Source of the DNA: Candidatus Bathyarchaeia archaeon
GTDB lineage: Archaea; Thermoproteota; Bathyarchaeia; Bathyarchaeales; Bathycorpusculaceae
Reading direction: 5' to 3'
Assembly: GCA_038883715.1 (NCBI GenBank)
Contig: JAVZLS010000020.1
Span: 1-16,891 of the forward strand
DNA length: 16,891 nucleotides
In this document: piece by piece, positions 1 to 8,752 of the stretch
Numbering within the stretch: position 1 is the first letter of the stretch
How the letters are laid out: each line of letters starts with the position of its first letter
Notes under the pieces: model-generated
What the model saw: the letters and a program-made list of their open reading frames with translations, nothing else
Databases searched by the model: none
Told to the model about the DNA's origin: nothing
Made by a program: the position numbers and the translations under genes

Positions 1-117
1 TACAACGAGGCAAGAAAAATTGTGCCATTACGCCATGTTGGCGTTAGAAAGTCTAAGCTTCTGACGCAAGTGGCTCAAGTGCAAGTGCCACTGCAAAGGG
101 TTGAACAGCAAAGCTAG
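1..117 (+). CDS. rps3ae: 30S ribosomal protein S3Ae (eS1), 3' end only (partial)
   Basis: Not in the ORF track. Frame 1 reads YNEARKIVPLRHVGVRKSKLLTQVAQVQVPLQRVEQQS* (TAG 115-117), matching the archaeal eS1 C-terminal KIxPLRxVxIRKSK motif. Confidence 0.8.
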   Translation, partial: YNEARKIVPLRHVGVRKSKLLTQVAQVQVPLQRVEQQS

Positions 118-659
118 CCTTCAACAAACTTTTTGCCATATTCGTAGCCTATCTCAAAGGCTTTTAAGTTTAATTCCTCTGTTCCCCTTGGAACATTAGC
201 CTTAATCGACTCTTTTAGGGCTTCTCTGTCCACTATTCCAGTTATTGCTGCAAAAGCCCCAAGCATGACGACATTTGCAACAATCCTTCTTCCAAGCTCC
301 TCAGCCATCCTTGTGGCTGGAACGCGGAAAACTTTTACGCCTTCAATTTCACTCTCGTTGGGAATCATGTCCGGGTCAAGTATTATTGTTCCCCCCTTTT
401 TCACAGTTTCCGCGTACTCGTTGTAGGCGTGCTGGGACATCACCACCAAGATGTCTGGCTCGGTGACTTTCGGAAAGTCAATTTCATCATCCGCTATTAC
501 AACTTCGGATCGGCATGCACCGCCCCTCGACTCAGGTCCATAAGACTGTGTTTGCACCGCGTGTTTTCCGCCATATATGCATGCGGCTGTAGCCACCATA
601 ATTCCAGACTTAATTATCCCTTGTCCGCCGAAACCCGCAAATCTTATTTCAATACGCAT
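114..659 (-). CDS. korC: 2-oxoacid:ferredoxin oxidoreductase gamma subunit (2-oxoglutarate-type)
   Basis: IRFAGFGGQG, QSYGPESRGG and NVVMLGA motifs; last gene of the delta-alpha-beta-gamma cluster; GGTGAGG SD-like sequence upstream on the minus strand. Confidence 0.92.
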   Translation of the reverse strand: MRIEIRFAGFGGQGIIKSGIMVATAACIYGGKHAVQTQSYGPESRGGACRSEVVIADDEIDFPKVTEPDILVVMSQHAYNEYAETVKKGGTIILDPDMIPNESEIEGVKVFRVPATRMAEELGRRIVANVVMLGAFAAITGIVDREALKESIKANVPRGTEELNLKAFEIGYEYGKKFVEG

Positions 660-669
660 AACGCCTCAC

Positions 670-1509
670 CTATTTTTCACCTTCTTTCATTATTTGCGCC
701 ATCTTATTGTGGAGTAACTCCTCATAGGTTGGCTTTTGAAGGTCTACGAATTCGCCGACAACTATTCTTTCTGGGGTTATTTCTGCCTTAGCCGGATCTG
801 AGAAGTTGGCTATAACCGACGCCTTCCTAAACCACTCCATCATTTCAAGTCCTGTCCGCATTTTGTTGTGGCGTCCGTAGATTTCCGGGCATGGCGATAT
901 AACCTCTATGAAGGAAAAGCCCTTCCTTTGTAGAAGCTTCTTAATGGACATTGTTAGCATTCGCACGTGAAGGGTTGTCCACCTCGCTACATAAGTGGCG
1001 CCGGCTGCCGCTGCTAAATGAACCAAGTTGAAGGGATGCTCTATGTTCCCATAAGGTGTTGTCGTTGTAAAGGCGTCTAGCGGTGTTGTTGGCCCAACTT
1101 GACCGCCAGTCATTCCATAGTTAAAGTTGTTGGCGCATATCACCTTAATTCCAATGTTTCTTCTTGCTGCGTGAATGAAATGGTTTCCTCCTATGGCGAA
1201 GAGGTCGCCGTCGCCGCTTAAAACAACAACTTCGAGCCCTGGATTTGCGAGTTTAACACCCGTTGCGAAGGCGATGGGGCGCCCATGAGTCGTGTGGAAG
1301 GAATCGACATTCGTGTAGCCAGCTGCCCTTCCAATACAGCCTATCCCCGAAACGACGACAAGCTTGTCGAGATTTACTTGCAACTCGTCAAGCGCTTGCA
1401 CAAAAGCATTGAGTATTATGCCGTTTCCACATCCGGAACACCATATGTGGGGCATCATGGCAGCTCTCAAATATTTTGAGAGGGGATGCTGTTCAACGGC
1501 CTCCGTCAT
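670..1509 (-). CDS. korB: 2-oxoacid:ferredoxin oxidoreductase beta subunit (TPP-binding)
   Basis: WCSGCG, SGIGC, HGR, TPP motif GDGD...NNFNYGMTGGQ and SPC; start overlaps the alpha-subunit stop (ATGA). Confidence 0.93.
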   Translation of the reverse strand: MTEAVEQHPLSKYLRAAMMPHIWCSGCGNGIILNAFVQALDELQVNLDKLVVVSGIGCIGRAAGYTNVDSFHTTHGRPIAFATGVKLANPGLEVVVLSGDGDLFAIGGNHFIHAARRNIGIKVICANNFNYGMTGGQVGPTTPLDAFTTTTPYGNIEHPFNLVHLAAAAGATYVARWTTLHVRMLTMSIKKLLQRKGFSFIEVISPCPEIYGRHNKMRTGLEMMEWFRKASVIANFSDPAKAEITPERIVVGEFVDLQKPTYEELLHNKMAQIMKEGEK

Positions 1510-2660
1510 TTGCCATACCTCCTTATAAATTCGAGAATCTCCATTGGTGCGTGTGGCTCCTCACCCAACTTTGGCACGTGAAAAACCGGTGTTCCCTTTG
1601 CGGCTCTTTCAACTTCCCTTACCATTTGTCCGCAGTTCATTTCTGGAACAATTATGGCTTTGGCTTTTTCAGCAGCCTTTGCCACGTGCTTTTCTGGGAA
1701 AGGCCATAAGGTGATTGGGCGGAGAAGGCCGGCTTTTATACCCTGCTGCCTTGCCTTTCTCACCGCGCTCAGGGCCGCCCTTGCAACTATCCCATAGGCA
1801 AAAACCACTATTTCGGCATCACTCAGCATTTTTTCTTCGACACGGATAATTTTGTCAGCGTTCTTCCTTATCTTGTCGCATAGCCTCTGCACAAGCCTCA
1901 TTTGAACCTCTGAGCTTTGGGTGCGTGGATAGCCATACTCGTCATGGGTTAGGCCTGTTGCATGAAAACGGAAGCCCTCGCCGAAACAAGCCATAGGCGG
2001 AACCAAGTCGTCGTCGGGCATGAAGGGCATATACTTATCCGGTGACGTGTTAGGCCTTTTGCGGTTAACTATCCTTATCTCCTCAGCCGGAGGTATTACC
2101 ACTCTTTCCCACATGTGGGCAACAACTTCGTCGGCCATCACCAATGTTGGAACGCGATAGGTTTCAGCCAAGTTGAAAGCTTCAATCGTCAAGTCAAACA
2201 TTTCCTGAACAGAAGAAGGTGCCAAAGCAATTATTTCATAATCGCCATGAGAACCCCATTTGGCCTGCATGATATCCTGCTGTCCAGGAAGGGTTGGTTG
2301 TCCAGTGCTGGGGCCGCCCCGCATTACGTCAACAATAACGCATGGAGCTTCTGTCATTGCTGCCAAGCCTATATTCTCCTGCATTAAGCTAAAGCCTGGT
2401 CCAGAAGTAGCTGTCATAGCCTTCAAGCCAGCGTAGGATGCGCCTATTACGGCGGCTATGGAGGCTATTTCGTCTTCCATTTGGATGTAGATTCCGCCAA
2501 TTTTTGGCATTCTGGCTGCTATGTGTTCTGCTATTTCTGTTGCAGGCGTTATGGGATATCCGGCGAAAAATCGGCATCCCGCGGCAATGGCGCCTTCTGC
2601 ACATGCTATGTCACCGCTCATAAAATGCACGCCAGTCAAGACCGCCTTTTCATTAGCCAT
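1506..2660 (-). CDS. korA: 2-oxoacid:ferredoxin oxidoreductase alpha subunit
   Basis: GYPITP, QMEDE, TATSGPGFSL, RGGPSTG and EMNxGQ motifs. Substrate specificity is inferred from similarity to the KorA/OorA type. Confidence 0.93.
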   Translation of the reverse strand: MANEKAVLTGVHFMSGDIACAEGAIAAGCRFFAGYPITPATEIAEHIAARMPKIGGIYIQMEDEIASIAAVIGASYAGLKAMTATSGPGFSLMQENIGLAAMTEAPCVIVDVMRGGPSTGQPTLPGQQDIMQAKWGSHGDYEIIALAPSSVQEMFDLTIEAFNLAETYRVPTLVMADEVVAHMWERVVIPPAEEIRIVNRKRPNTSPDKYMPFMPDDDLVPPMACFGEGFRFHATGLTHDEYGYPRTQSSEVQMRLVQRLCDKIRKNADKIIRVEEKMLSDAEIVVFAYGIVARAALSAVRKARQQGIKAGLLRPITLWPFPEKHVAKAAEKAKAIIVPEMNCGQMVREVERAAKGTPVFHVPKLGEEPHAPMEILEFIRRYGK

Positions 2661-2939
2661 CTAACATCCATCCTTACATTGTTTTTCCCTAACGAAGATT
2701 GCGAAGTCTGGGCAAACTGCAGTGCAGAAACTACATAATATGCAGCTTTTTTCATCAACAACTCTTGGGGGGTGAACCCCTCTGGCATTAATTTCACTAG
2801 ATTCCTCTAAAACCTTTTTGGGGCAGTATTGGATGCAGAAGCCACACCCTTTACACTGGTCTTTTAATATGTGGATTTCAGCCTTTGGCCTCGAAACCTT
2901 CTCAATGTCTAGTGGGGTTCTCCAAAGCCTTTCAGGCAT
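2661..2939 (-). CDS. korD: 2-oxoacid:ferredoxin oxidoreductase delta subunit (2x[4Fe-4S] ferredoxin)
   Basis: CKGCGFCIQYCP and CILCSFCTAVCPDFAI; stop directly abuts the korA start. Confidence 0.9.
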   Translation of the reverse strand: MPERLWRTPLDIEKVSRPKAEIHILKDQCKGCGFCIQYCPKKVLEESSEINARGVHPPRVVDEKSCILCSFCTAVCPDFAIFVREKQCKDGC

Positions 2940-2940
2940 C

Positions 2941-5346
2941 CTAAGCTCCTCCAGCTTCTGAAAAAACTTTTTTGGCGTGTTCTATTTCCTCTAGGGTTAC
3001 ACTTTCCACAATTTTTTCCATTTCATAAATTTTTGAGGCAAATCTTTCTCCTTCGGCTGCTGAAACCCATAAAAGCTGAAGCCTCTCTTTGCGTAGACCG
3101 TTCTGTTCCATCTTCTTCCATAAGCGTTCCACACGTTTCTGAGTATGATAGTTGGCGTTAATGTAGTGGCAGTCTCCCGGATGGCAGCCAGCCACCAGAA
3201 CTGCGGCAGCGCCTCTTGCGAAGGCTCTTTCAACAAATTTTGGAGCAATCCTTCCCGAGCACATAGTTCTAATTATTCGAACTTTTGGCGGATACTGCAT
3301 CCTACTGACTCCGGCAAAATCTGCACCTGCATAAGCGCACCAATTGCAGCAGAAAGCGACAATTTTCTTGTCGGCATCATATTCTGTAACGGCGTCAATT
3401 TGAGCTATTATCTGCTCATCAGTGAAGTGGTTCTGGGTTAATGCATCGGATGGGCATTCTGCAGCGCATGTTCCGCATCCTCCACAAGCAGCCTCAACAA
3501 TTTCAACGCGTTTAAGCTCTTTGTTCAGAGTTATCGCGTTGTAAGGGCAAACCTTTGTGCAAAGCCCACAAGCCTTACATTTTTCCACATCCAAAATTGG
3601 CGTAATGGCCTCAACCGTAACTTTACCCTTAGCCATTAGTATGCCAGCTCTGGCTGCAGCTGCGCTGGCTTGTGTTACGCTGTCCTTTATGTCTTTTGGG
3701 GCTTCAGCGCACCCAGCGAAAAATATGCCTCCTGTGGCGGCATCCACTGGCCTAAGTTTTGGGTGAGCCTCCATGAAAAATCCGTCCTGCGTCCTCGAAA
3801 GAGTCAAAAGCCTCTGTATCACTTCGCTGTCTTTTCGCGGCTCAAGTCCGACAGATAGAATAACCATGTCAAAGTTCATTTTATAAGGCTCTTTCAAAAG
3901 CGTGTTTTCACCTATGAGCCAAAGGTTCTGAGTCCTTTTATCTTCAATTATTTCTGCCGGAAGCCCCCGGATGAATATTACGCCCTCCTTTTTAGCCCTC
4001 TTGTATAGGTCTTCAAAGCCCTTTCCATATGCACGAATATCAACGTAAAAGACGTAAATTTCAGTTTCAGGCCAGTGCTCCTTTATGAGGAGGCTGTCCT
4101 TTATGGTGTTCATGCAGCAAACATTGCTACAGTAAGTTCGTCCAGTCCTATTGGAGCGGGAGCCAACACATTGTATGAAAGCCACCCGCTTCGGAACTTT
4201 CATATCGCTAGGCCTAATCAGTCTTCCACCAGAAGGGCCGCCAGCATTAATCAACCTTTCAAATTCAAGCGATGTGATGACGTTTAGATATCTGCCATAA
4301 CCATATTGCGGCAGCGTTGAGGGATCGAAAACGTCTGCGCCTGTTGCCACTATAATTGTACCTACCTCTAACTCAACGGTTTCAGGTTTCATTGTAAAGT
4401 CTATGGCTTGCCTTTCGCAAGCCTTAATGCATTTGTCGCATACTATCACGCCATCTTTGTTTAGGCATAGGTTCATGTCAATTATGTAGGTAGATGGAAC
4501 CGCTTGTGCAAAAGGTGTATAAATGGCGTGTCTTAAGGCTAATCCGGCATCAAACTCGTTTGGCGATGTCATGGGACAAACTTTTGAGCATTCGCCGCAC
4601 GCTGAACAGTCTTCTTTTACATAACGCGGTTTCTTTAATACTTTTACTCGGAAGTTGCCGATGTAGCCCTTTACGTCGACAACTTCGCTGTTGGTTAATA
4701 GTTCAATGTTTGGATGACGCCCCACATCAGACATTTTTGGGGCGAGAATGCATATAGAGCAGTCCATTGTTGGAAAAGTTTTATCTATCCTTGCCATCAT
4801 CCCGCCGATGCTCGGCTCCCTCTCCACCAAATAAACCTTATAACCAGTGTCAGCAAGGTCTAATGCTGCTTGAATTCCTGCAACGCCGCCGCCAATTACA
4901 AGAGCCTTTCTTATAATTGGCACTTCAATTTCCTTGGCTGGCTTTAGTAAAGCCGCCTTAGCCACAGCCATTTTCACAAGGTCTTTGGCCTTTTCAATCG
5001 CCGCCTTCCTGTCATGGAGATGAACCCAACTGCACTGCTCACGAATGTTAGCCATCTCAAAAAGGTACTTGTTTAATCCAGCCTCTTCGCACACTTTTCG
5101 AAATGTGGGTTCGTGGAGGCGGGGAGAACACGAGGCAACGACCACACGGTTAAGCCTATACTCCTTAATATCATTTTTAATGAGCTCTTGCCCTTGGTCT
5201 GAGCATGTATAACGGTAATCCCTCGCCAAAACAACATGTGGAAGCTTGGAAGCGAACTCTGCGACATCTTTGCAATCGACAGAGCCCGCAATGTTCAGAC
5301 CGCAGTGGCAGACGTAAACCCCTATACGTATTTCTTCCTTCGCCAT
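2941..5346 (-). CDS. hdrA: Heterodisulfide reductase subunit A-like flavoprotein with C-terminal MvhD ([2Fe-2S]) fusion
   Basis: VYVCHCG, ASCSPRLHE, NIREQCSWVH, FAD motif IGGGVAG, KTFPTMDC, inserted ferredoxin, QCVGSR...CSNVCC, PKDI, C-terminal 2x[4Fe-4S], then the MvhD motifs FCCNWC, CSGR and GCHPGDCHY. Confidence 0.93.
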   Translation of the reverse strand: MAKEEIRIGVYVCHCGLNIAGSVDCKDVAEFASKLPHVVLARDYRYTCSDQGQELIKNDIKEYRLNRVVVASCSPRLHEPTFRKVCEEAGLNKYLFEMANIREQCSWVHLHDRKAAIEKAKDLVKMAVAKAALLKPAKEIEVPIIRKALVIGGGVAGIQAALDLADTGYKVYLVEREPSIGGMMARIDKTFPTMDCSICILAPKMSDVGRHPNIELLTNSEVVDVKGYIGNFRVKVLKKPRYVKEDCSACGECSKVCPMTSPNEFDAGLALRHAIYTPFAQAVPSTYIIDMNLCLNKDGVIVCDKCIKACERQAIDFTMKPETVELEVGTIIVATGADVFDPSTLPQYGYGRYLNVITSLEFERLINAGGPSGGRLIRPSDMKVPKRVAFIQCVGSRSNRTGRTYCSNVCCMNTIKDSLLIKEHWPETEIYVFYVDIRAYGKGFEDLYKRAKKEGVIFIRGLPAEIIEDKRTQNLWLIGENTLLKEPYKMNFDMVILSVGLEPRKDSEVIQRLLTLSRTQDGFFMEAHPKLRPVDAATGGIFFAGCAEAPKDIKDSVTQASAAAARAGILMAKGKVTVEAITPILDVEKCKACGLCTKVCPYNAITLNKELKRVEIVEAACGGCGTCAAECPSDALTQNHFTDEQIIAQIDAVTEYDADKKIVAFCCNWCAYAGADFAGVSRMQYPPKVRIIRTMCSGRIAPKFVERAFARGAAAVLVAGCHPGDCHYINANYHTQKRVERLWKKMEQNGLRKERLQLLWVSAAEGERFASKIYEMEKIVESVTLEEIEHAKKVFSEAGGA

Positions 5347-5353
5347 TTTCCAG

Positions 5354-6790
5354 TCACCTCAAACCCAAAGACTTTAGATAACGGTCAATCGAGACGGCGG
5401 CAATTTTCCCAGCACATACAGCCTCAATAATTGAAGCTGGACCGGTTACGACGTCTCCCCCTGCGAATACTCCTTGAAGGGTTGTTTCCATGGTTAATGG
5501 ATTAACCCAAATTGTTCCATCCTCGTTCAATTCAATCTCCTTGGGCAAAAAAGATAGGTCTGGGACTTCGCCTATCGCCAAAACCACCATGTCCGCGTCC
5601 TTAACAAATCCAGAGCCCTCAATAGGAATAGGCTTTCTCCTTCCGGTTTCATCTAACTCGCCTAACTTCATTCGGGCAAACTCAACACTGGAAACTTTTT
5701 TACCGTCGCCCAAAATTCTCTTCGGAGAAACCAAAAACTCAATTTTTACACCTTCACTTTCCGCTTCTTTAACTTCCCATGGATTTGCAGGCATCTCCTC
5801 CCTAGACCTTCGATAAAAAATAGTCACTTCTCCGGCTCCATATCTGAGAGCAGTTTTTGCGGAGTCAACAGCAATGTTCCCACCGCCAATAATGGCAACA
5901 CGCTTGCCACTAACATCCGGCGTCCTTCCAGAGTTAAACATCCAAAGAAAATCTAGAGCGTGCATTACCCCTTCCAAGTCGACCCCTTCAACCCTTAATT
6001 CTTGTCCTTTATGAGCGCCGGTGCCGATGAATATGGCATCATAGCCTTGTCTCTGCAAACCGTTGAAATCAACATCTCTACCAACCATAACACCAGTCTT
6101 CATTTCCACACCAAAGTCGTTCAACGCTTGTATGTCCGCGTCTAGAAACTCTCTTGGAAGTCGATAAGTGGGCAAACACTTTCTTAACATCCCACCAAGC
6201 TCTTTCATAGCCTCAAAAACGGTAACCTCATAGTTTTTCAAAGCTAATTCATATGCAACAGTAAGCCCCGCCGGCCCAGAACCTATGACTGCAACTTTCC
6301 CTTTCGCTGACTCTGCCCTAATTTCCCTCTTTTTCTCCTCCAGAATTTCCTTCCTTAACGATTCTGCCTCTTTTAGAACCTTCTCCAAGTCTAATCCTGC
6401 GCGTTCCGGATGGAAGCAAGCAAGAATTGTAACTAAGGGAAGGGGGGACACCTTAACAATTTTTCGAATAGCATTTTCAAATGATTGCTCATGTCCGGTT
6501 TTGACTGCAAACTTCCGAGTGTGAAGAAATATTTCTGGCGGTTTTAAGGCTTGGGGGCAACGCCTATAGCAACGGTAACACCAGGCGCAGAGCCAAATAT
6601 CATCCGAAACCAAAGCATTTTCGATGTTTAAGAAAATTTTTTCAAGGATATTCCTTGGGTTATACTCTCCTTTCAGAAGCTCCGCCATTGGACAGCTTGC
6701 GGTGCATATGCCACATTCGAAGCAGAACTTAATTTTTTCAGCGTCTGGGTATTCGGCGAGAACTTCCTTATAAGTTACAGTTTTTCCCAT
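5354..6790 (-). CDS. FAD/NAD(P)-dependent oxidoreductase (GltD/NfnB/SudA-like) with N-terminal HdrC-like 2x[4Fe-4S] domain
   Basis: N-terminal CFECGICTASCP...IWLCAWCYRCYRRCP; then VIGSGPAG, GGMLR..LPxYRLP, IGGGNIAVD, YRRSREEMPA and FAGGD. Confidence 0.85.
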   Translation of the reverse strand: MGKTVTYKEVLAEYPDAEKIKFCFECGICTASCPMAELLKGEYNPRNILEKIFLNIENALVSDDIWLCAWCYRCYRRCPQALKPPEIFLHTRKFAVKTGHEQSFENAIRKIVKVSPLPLVTILACFHPERAGLDLEKVLKEAESLRKEILEEKKREIRAESAKGKVAVIGSGPAGLTVAYELALKNYEVTVFEAMKELGGMLRKCLPTYRLPREFLDADIQALNDFGVEMKTGVMVGRDVDFNGLQRQGYDAIFIGTGAHKGQELRVEGVDLEGVMHALDFLWMFNSGRTPDVSGKRVAIIGGGNIAVDSAKTALRYGAGEVTIFYRRSREEMPANPWEVKEAESEGVKIEFLVSPKRILGDGKKVSSVEFARMKLGELDETGRRKPIPIEGSGFVKDADMVVLAIGEVPDLSFLPKEIELNEDGTIWVNPLTMETTLQGVFAGGDVVTGPASIIEAVCAGKIAAVSIDRYLKSLGLR

Positions 6791-6830
6791 GCTCAGCGTG
6801 ACCCGCCTTCCTATTATTGGAAAGGCTCAC

Positions 6831-6864
6831 AGATATAAACTTTACAAATGTAAAGTTTTAAATC
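6831..6864. promoter_or_regulatory. Back-to-back divergent BRE/TATA promoters
   Basis: Minus strand reads tgtaaagTTTATAT and plus strand reads tgtaaagTTTTAAAT. Together they form the inverted repeat AAACTTTACA-aa-TGTAAAGTTT (6837-6858). Confidence 0.65.
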
Positions 6865-6926
6865 ATAAGCCAAACTTCTTTTATAGATCCGACCGCCAAT
6901 AAACCATGAGACATGAGGAGCACTCT

Positions 6927-7952
6927 ATGGAAGAGGTTAAAGTTGTTTTATATGGGGTTGGCGCTGTCGGAAGTTTAATAGCAAGGGCTCTTCTCGAAAA
7001 GAAAGGCGTGAAAATAGTTGGCGCAATCGATGTTGCAAAGGATAAGGTAGGCAAGGATTTAGGCGAAATTTTAGGCTTGAACAGGGACCTTGGCATAACA
7101 GTTTCCAGCGACGTTGATACCACTCTCTCAAAAACAAAGCCGGACATCGCCATCCATGCCACATCATCCTACCTTAAAGACACCTACCCTCAAATAGCCT
7201 CCATAATTAAGCATGGTGTTAATGTTGTATCGACATGCGAAGAACTCTCGTACCCCTACTATTCAGAACCAAAAATCGCAAAGGAACTGGACAAGTTGGC
7301 CAAAAAACATGACGTGACAGTCTTAGGCACAGGAATAAACCCAGGCTTCCTAATGGACACTCTTGTGATAACACTGACAGCGGCATGTCAAAAAATAGAG
7401 AAAATCGAAGCCGTCAGAGTTATGAACGCTGCAACAAGACGTTTACCCTTCCAGAAAAAGATAGGCGCAGGCCTAACAGTAGAAGAATTTAAACAAAAAA
7501 TTGCGAAGGGAGAAATAACTGGACATGTGGGACTTGAGCAGTCCGTTGCGATGATTGCAGATGCACTGGCATGGGAACTTGATGAAATAAAGGCTGAACC
7601 CGTCGAACCAGTAATAGCCAAAGAACCAGTAGAAAGCGACTTTATAAGGGTTGAAACTGGAAAAGTTGCAGGTTCGAGGCAGACGGCGAAGGGAATAATG
7701 AAGGGCAAAGAGGTTATAGTTCTAGACTTTCAAGCCTATATCGGGGCGAAAGAAGAGTACGACGCCATAACGATCAGGGGCGTTCCAACAATCAAGCAGA
7801 AAATTCAGCCGTGCGTCCACGGGGACGCGGGCACAGTGGCAGTAATTGTAAACTCTATTCCAAAAGTGCTAAAGGCTCCGGCTGGCTTGCTGACCATGAA
7901 AGATTTGCCAGTTCCCTCGGCTGCTGTTGAGGATATGCGGAAATACTTATAA
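6927..7952 (+). CDS. NAD(P)-dependent amine dehydrogenase, 2,4-diaminopentanoate dehydrogenase (Ord)-like / DapB N-terminal family
   Basis: Rossmann GVGAVG, NVVSTCEEL, LGTGINPGFLMD, KIGAG, GHVG and GDxGTVA motifs. ATG 6927 follows GAGGAG (6915-6920) and is preferred over ATG 6906. Confidence 0.8.
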   Translation: MEEVKVVLYGVGAVGSLIARALLEKKGVKIVGAIDVAKDKVGKDLGEILGLNRDLGITVSSDVDTTLSKTKPDIAIHATSSYLKDTYPQIASIIKHGVNVVSTCEELSYPYYSEPKIAKELDKLAKKHDVTVLGTGINPGFLMDTLVITLTAACQKIEKIEAVRVMNAATRRLPFQKKIGAGLTVEEFKQKIAKGEITGHVGLEQSVAMIADALAWELDEIKAEPVEPVIAKEPVESDFIRVETGKVAGSRQTAKGIMKGKEVIVLDFQAYIGAKEEYDAITIRGVPTIKQKIQPCVHGDAGTVAVIVNSIPKVLKAPAGLLTMKDLPVPSAAVEDMRKYL

Positions 7953-7957
7953 TTTTA

Positions 7958-8752
7958 ATGCTTTTAGGAAGTGTTGGTTTGAGGTTTCTGGTTGATATAA
8001 ACTGTGATTTAGGCGAAAGCTATGGGGCATTCAGGATTGGGAATGACGAGGAAATAATGCCCTACATAACTTCTGCTAATGTTGCGTGTGGCTTTCACGC
8101 GGGCGACCCTTTAACAATGGCGCAAACGGTGGCCTTAACAAAAAAGTATGGAGTCGCCGTGGGGGCTCATCCTGGATACCCAGACCTTATGGGGTTTGGA
8201 AGAAGAGAAATGCAACTATCAGGCGAAGAGGCAAAAAACTATATCATTTACCAAGTTGGAGCGCTTCTCGGATTCGTCAAAGTTTTCGGCTTAAGTCTTC
8301 AACATGTAAAGCCCCACGGCGCGATGTATAATACAGCCTTAAAGAATAGAGAACTTTCCAGGGCTATAGCTGAAGCTGTCGCAGAGCTAGATGAGAACTT
8401 AATTGTTTTCGCACCGCCGAAATCCACAATGGCTGAGGTGGCTGCCAACGCTGGATTACGGGTTGCCTACGAATTTTTTGCGGACAGAGCCTATAACCCG
8501 GATGGAAGCCTAGTTTCAAGGAGGAAACCCGGCGCTGTAATTGGGGAGCCGGAAAAAGTTGTTAAGCGAGCCATACAAGCCGTAAAGGAAGGCGTAGTTG
8601 AAGCTTTTAGCGGCGAAGTCGTGGAGCTTGGACAAGTTCACACAATTTGTGTTCATGGCGACACGCCAAGAGCCGTAAAATTGGCTGAAGCATTAAGAAA
8701 AGGGCTTGTTAAAGCTGGAATAGATGTTAAACCAGTAAGCCAATTCATCTAA
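7958..8752 (+). CDS. pxpA: 5-oxoprolinase subunit A (LamB/YcsF family)
   Basis: DINCDLGES, ANVACGFHAGD, GAHPGYPDLxGFGRR, HVKPHGAMYN, FADRAY and TICVHGD. The true start may be TTG 7979. Confidence 0.93.
   Translation: MLLGSVGLRFLVDINCDLGESYGAFRIGNDEEIMPYITSANVACGFHAGDPLTMAQTVALTKKYGVAVGAHPGYPDLMGFGRREMQLSGEEAKNYIIYQVGALLGFVKVFGLSLQHVKPHGAMYNTALKNRELSRAIAEAVAELDENLIVFAPPKSTMAEVAANAGLRVAYEFFADRAYNPDGSLVSRRKPGAVIGEPEKVVKRAIQAVKEGVVEAFSGEVVELGQVHTICVHGDTPRAVKLAEALRKGLVKAGIDVKPVSQFI

Noticed and set aside
74-88. Short tandem CAAGTG repeats (caagtg gct caagtg caagtg, starting at 67)
   Set aside because: They simply encode the low-complexity QVAQVQV tail of eS1.
2941-5346. Selenocysteine recoding in HdrA/MvhD
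   Set aside because: The ORF is uninterrupted and the relevant motifs contain Cys; there is no in-frame TGA.
2941-6790. Hdr genes as evidence of methanogenesis
   Set aside because: No hdrB, mcr or mtr gene is in the window, and HdrA-like proteins are widespread in non-methanogens.
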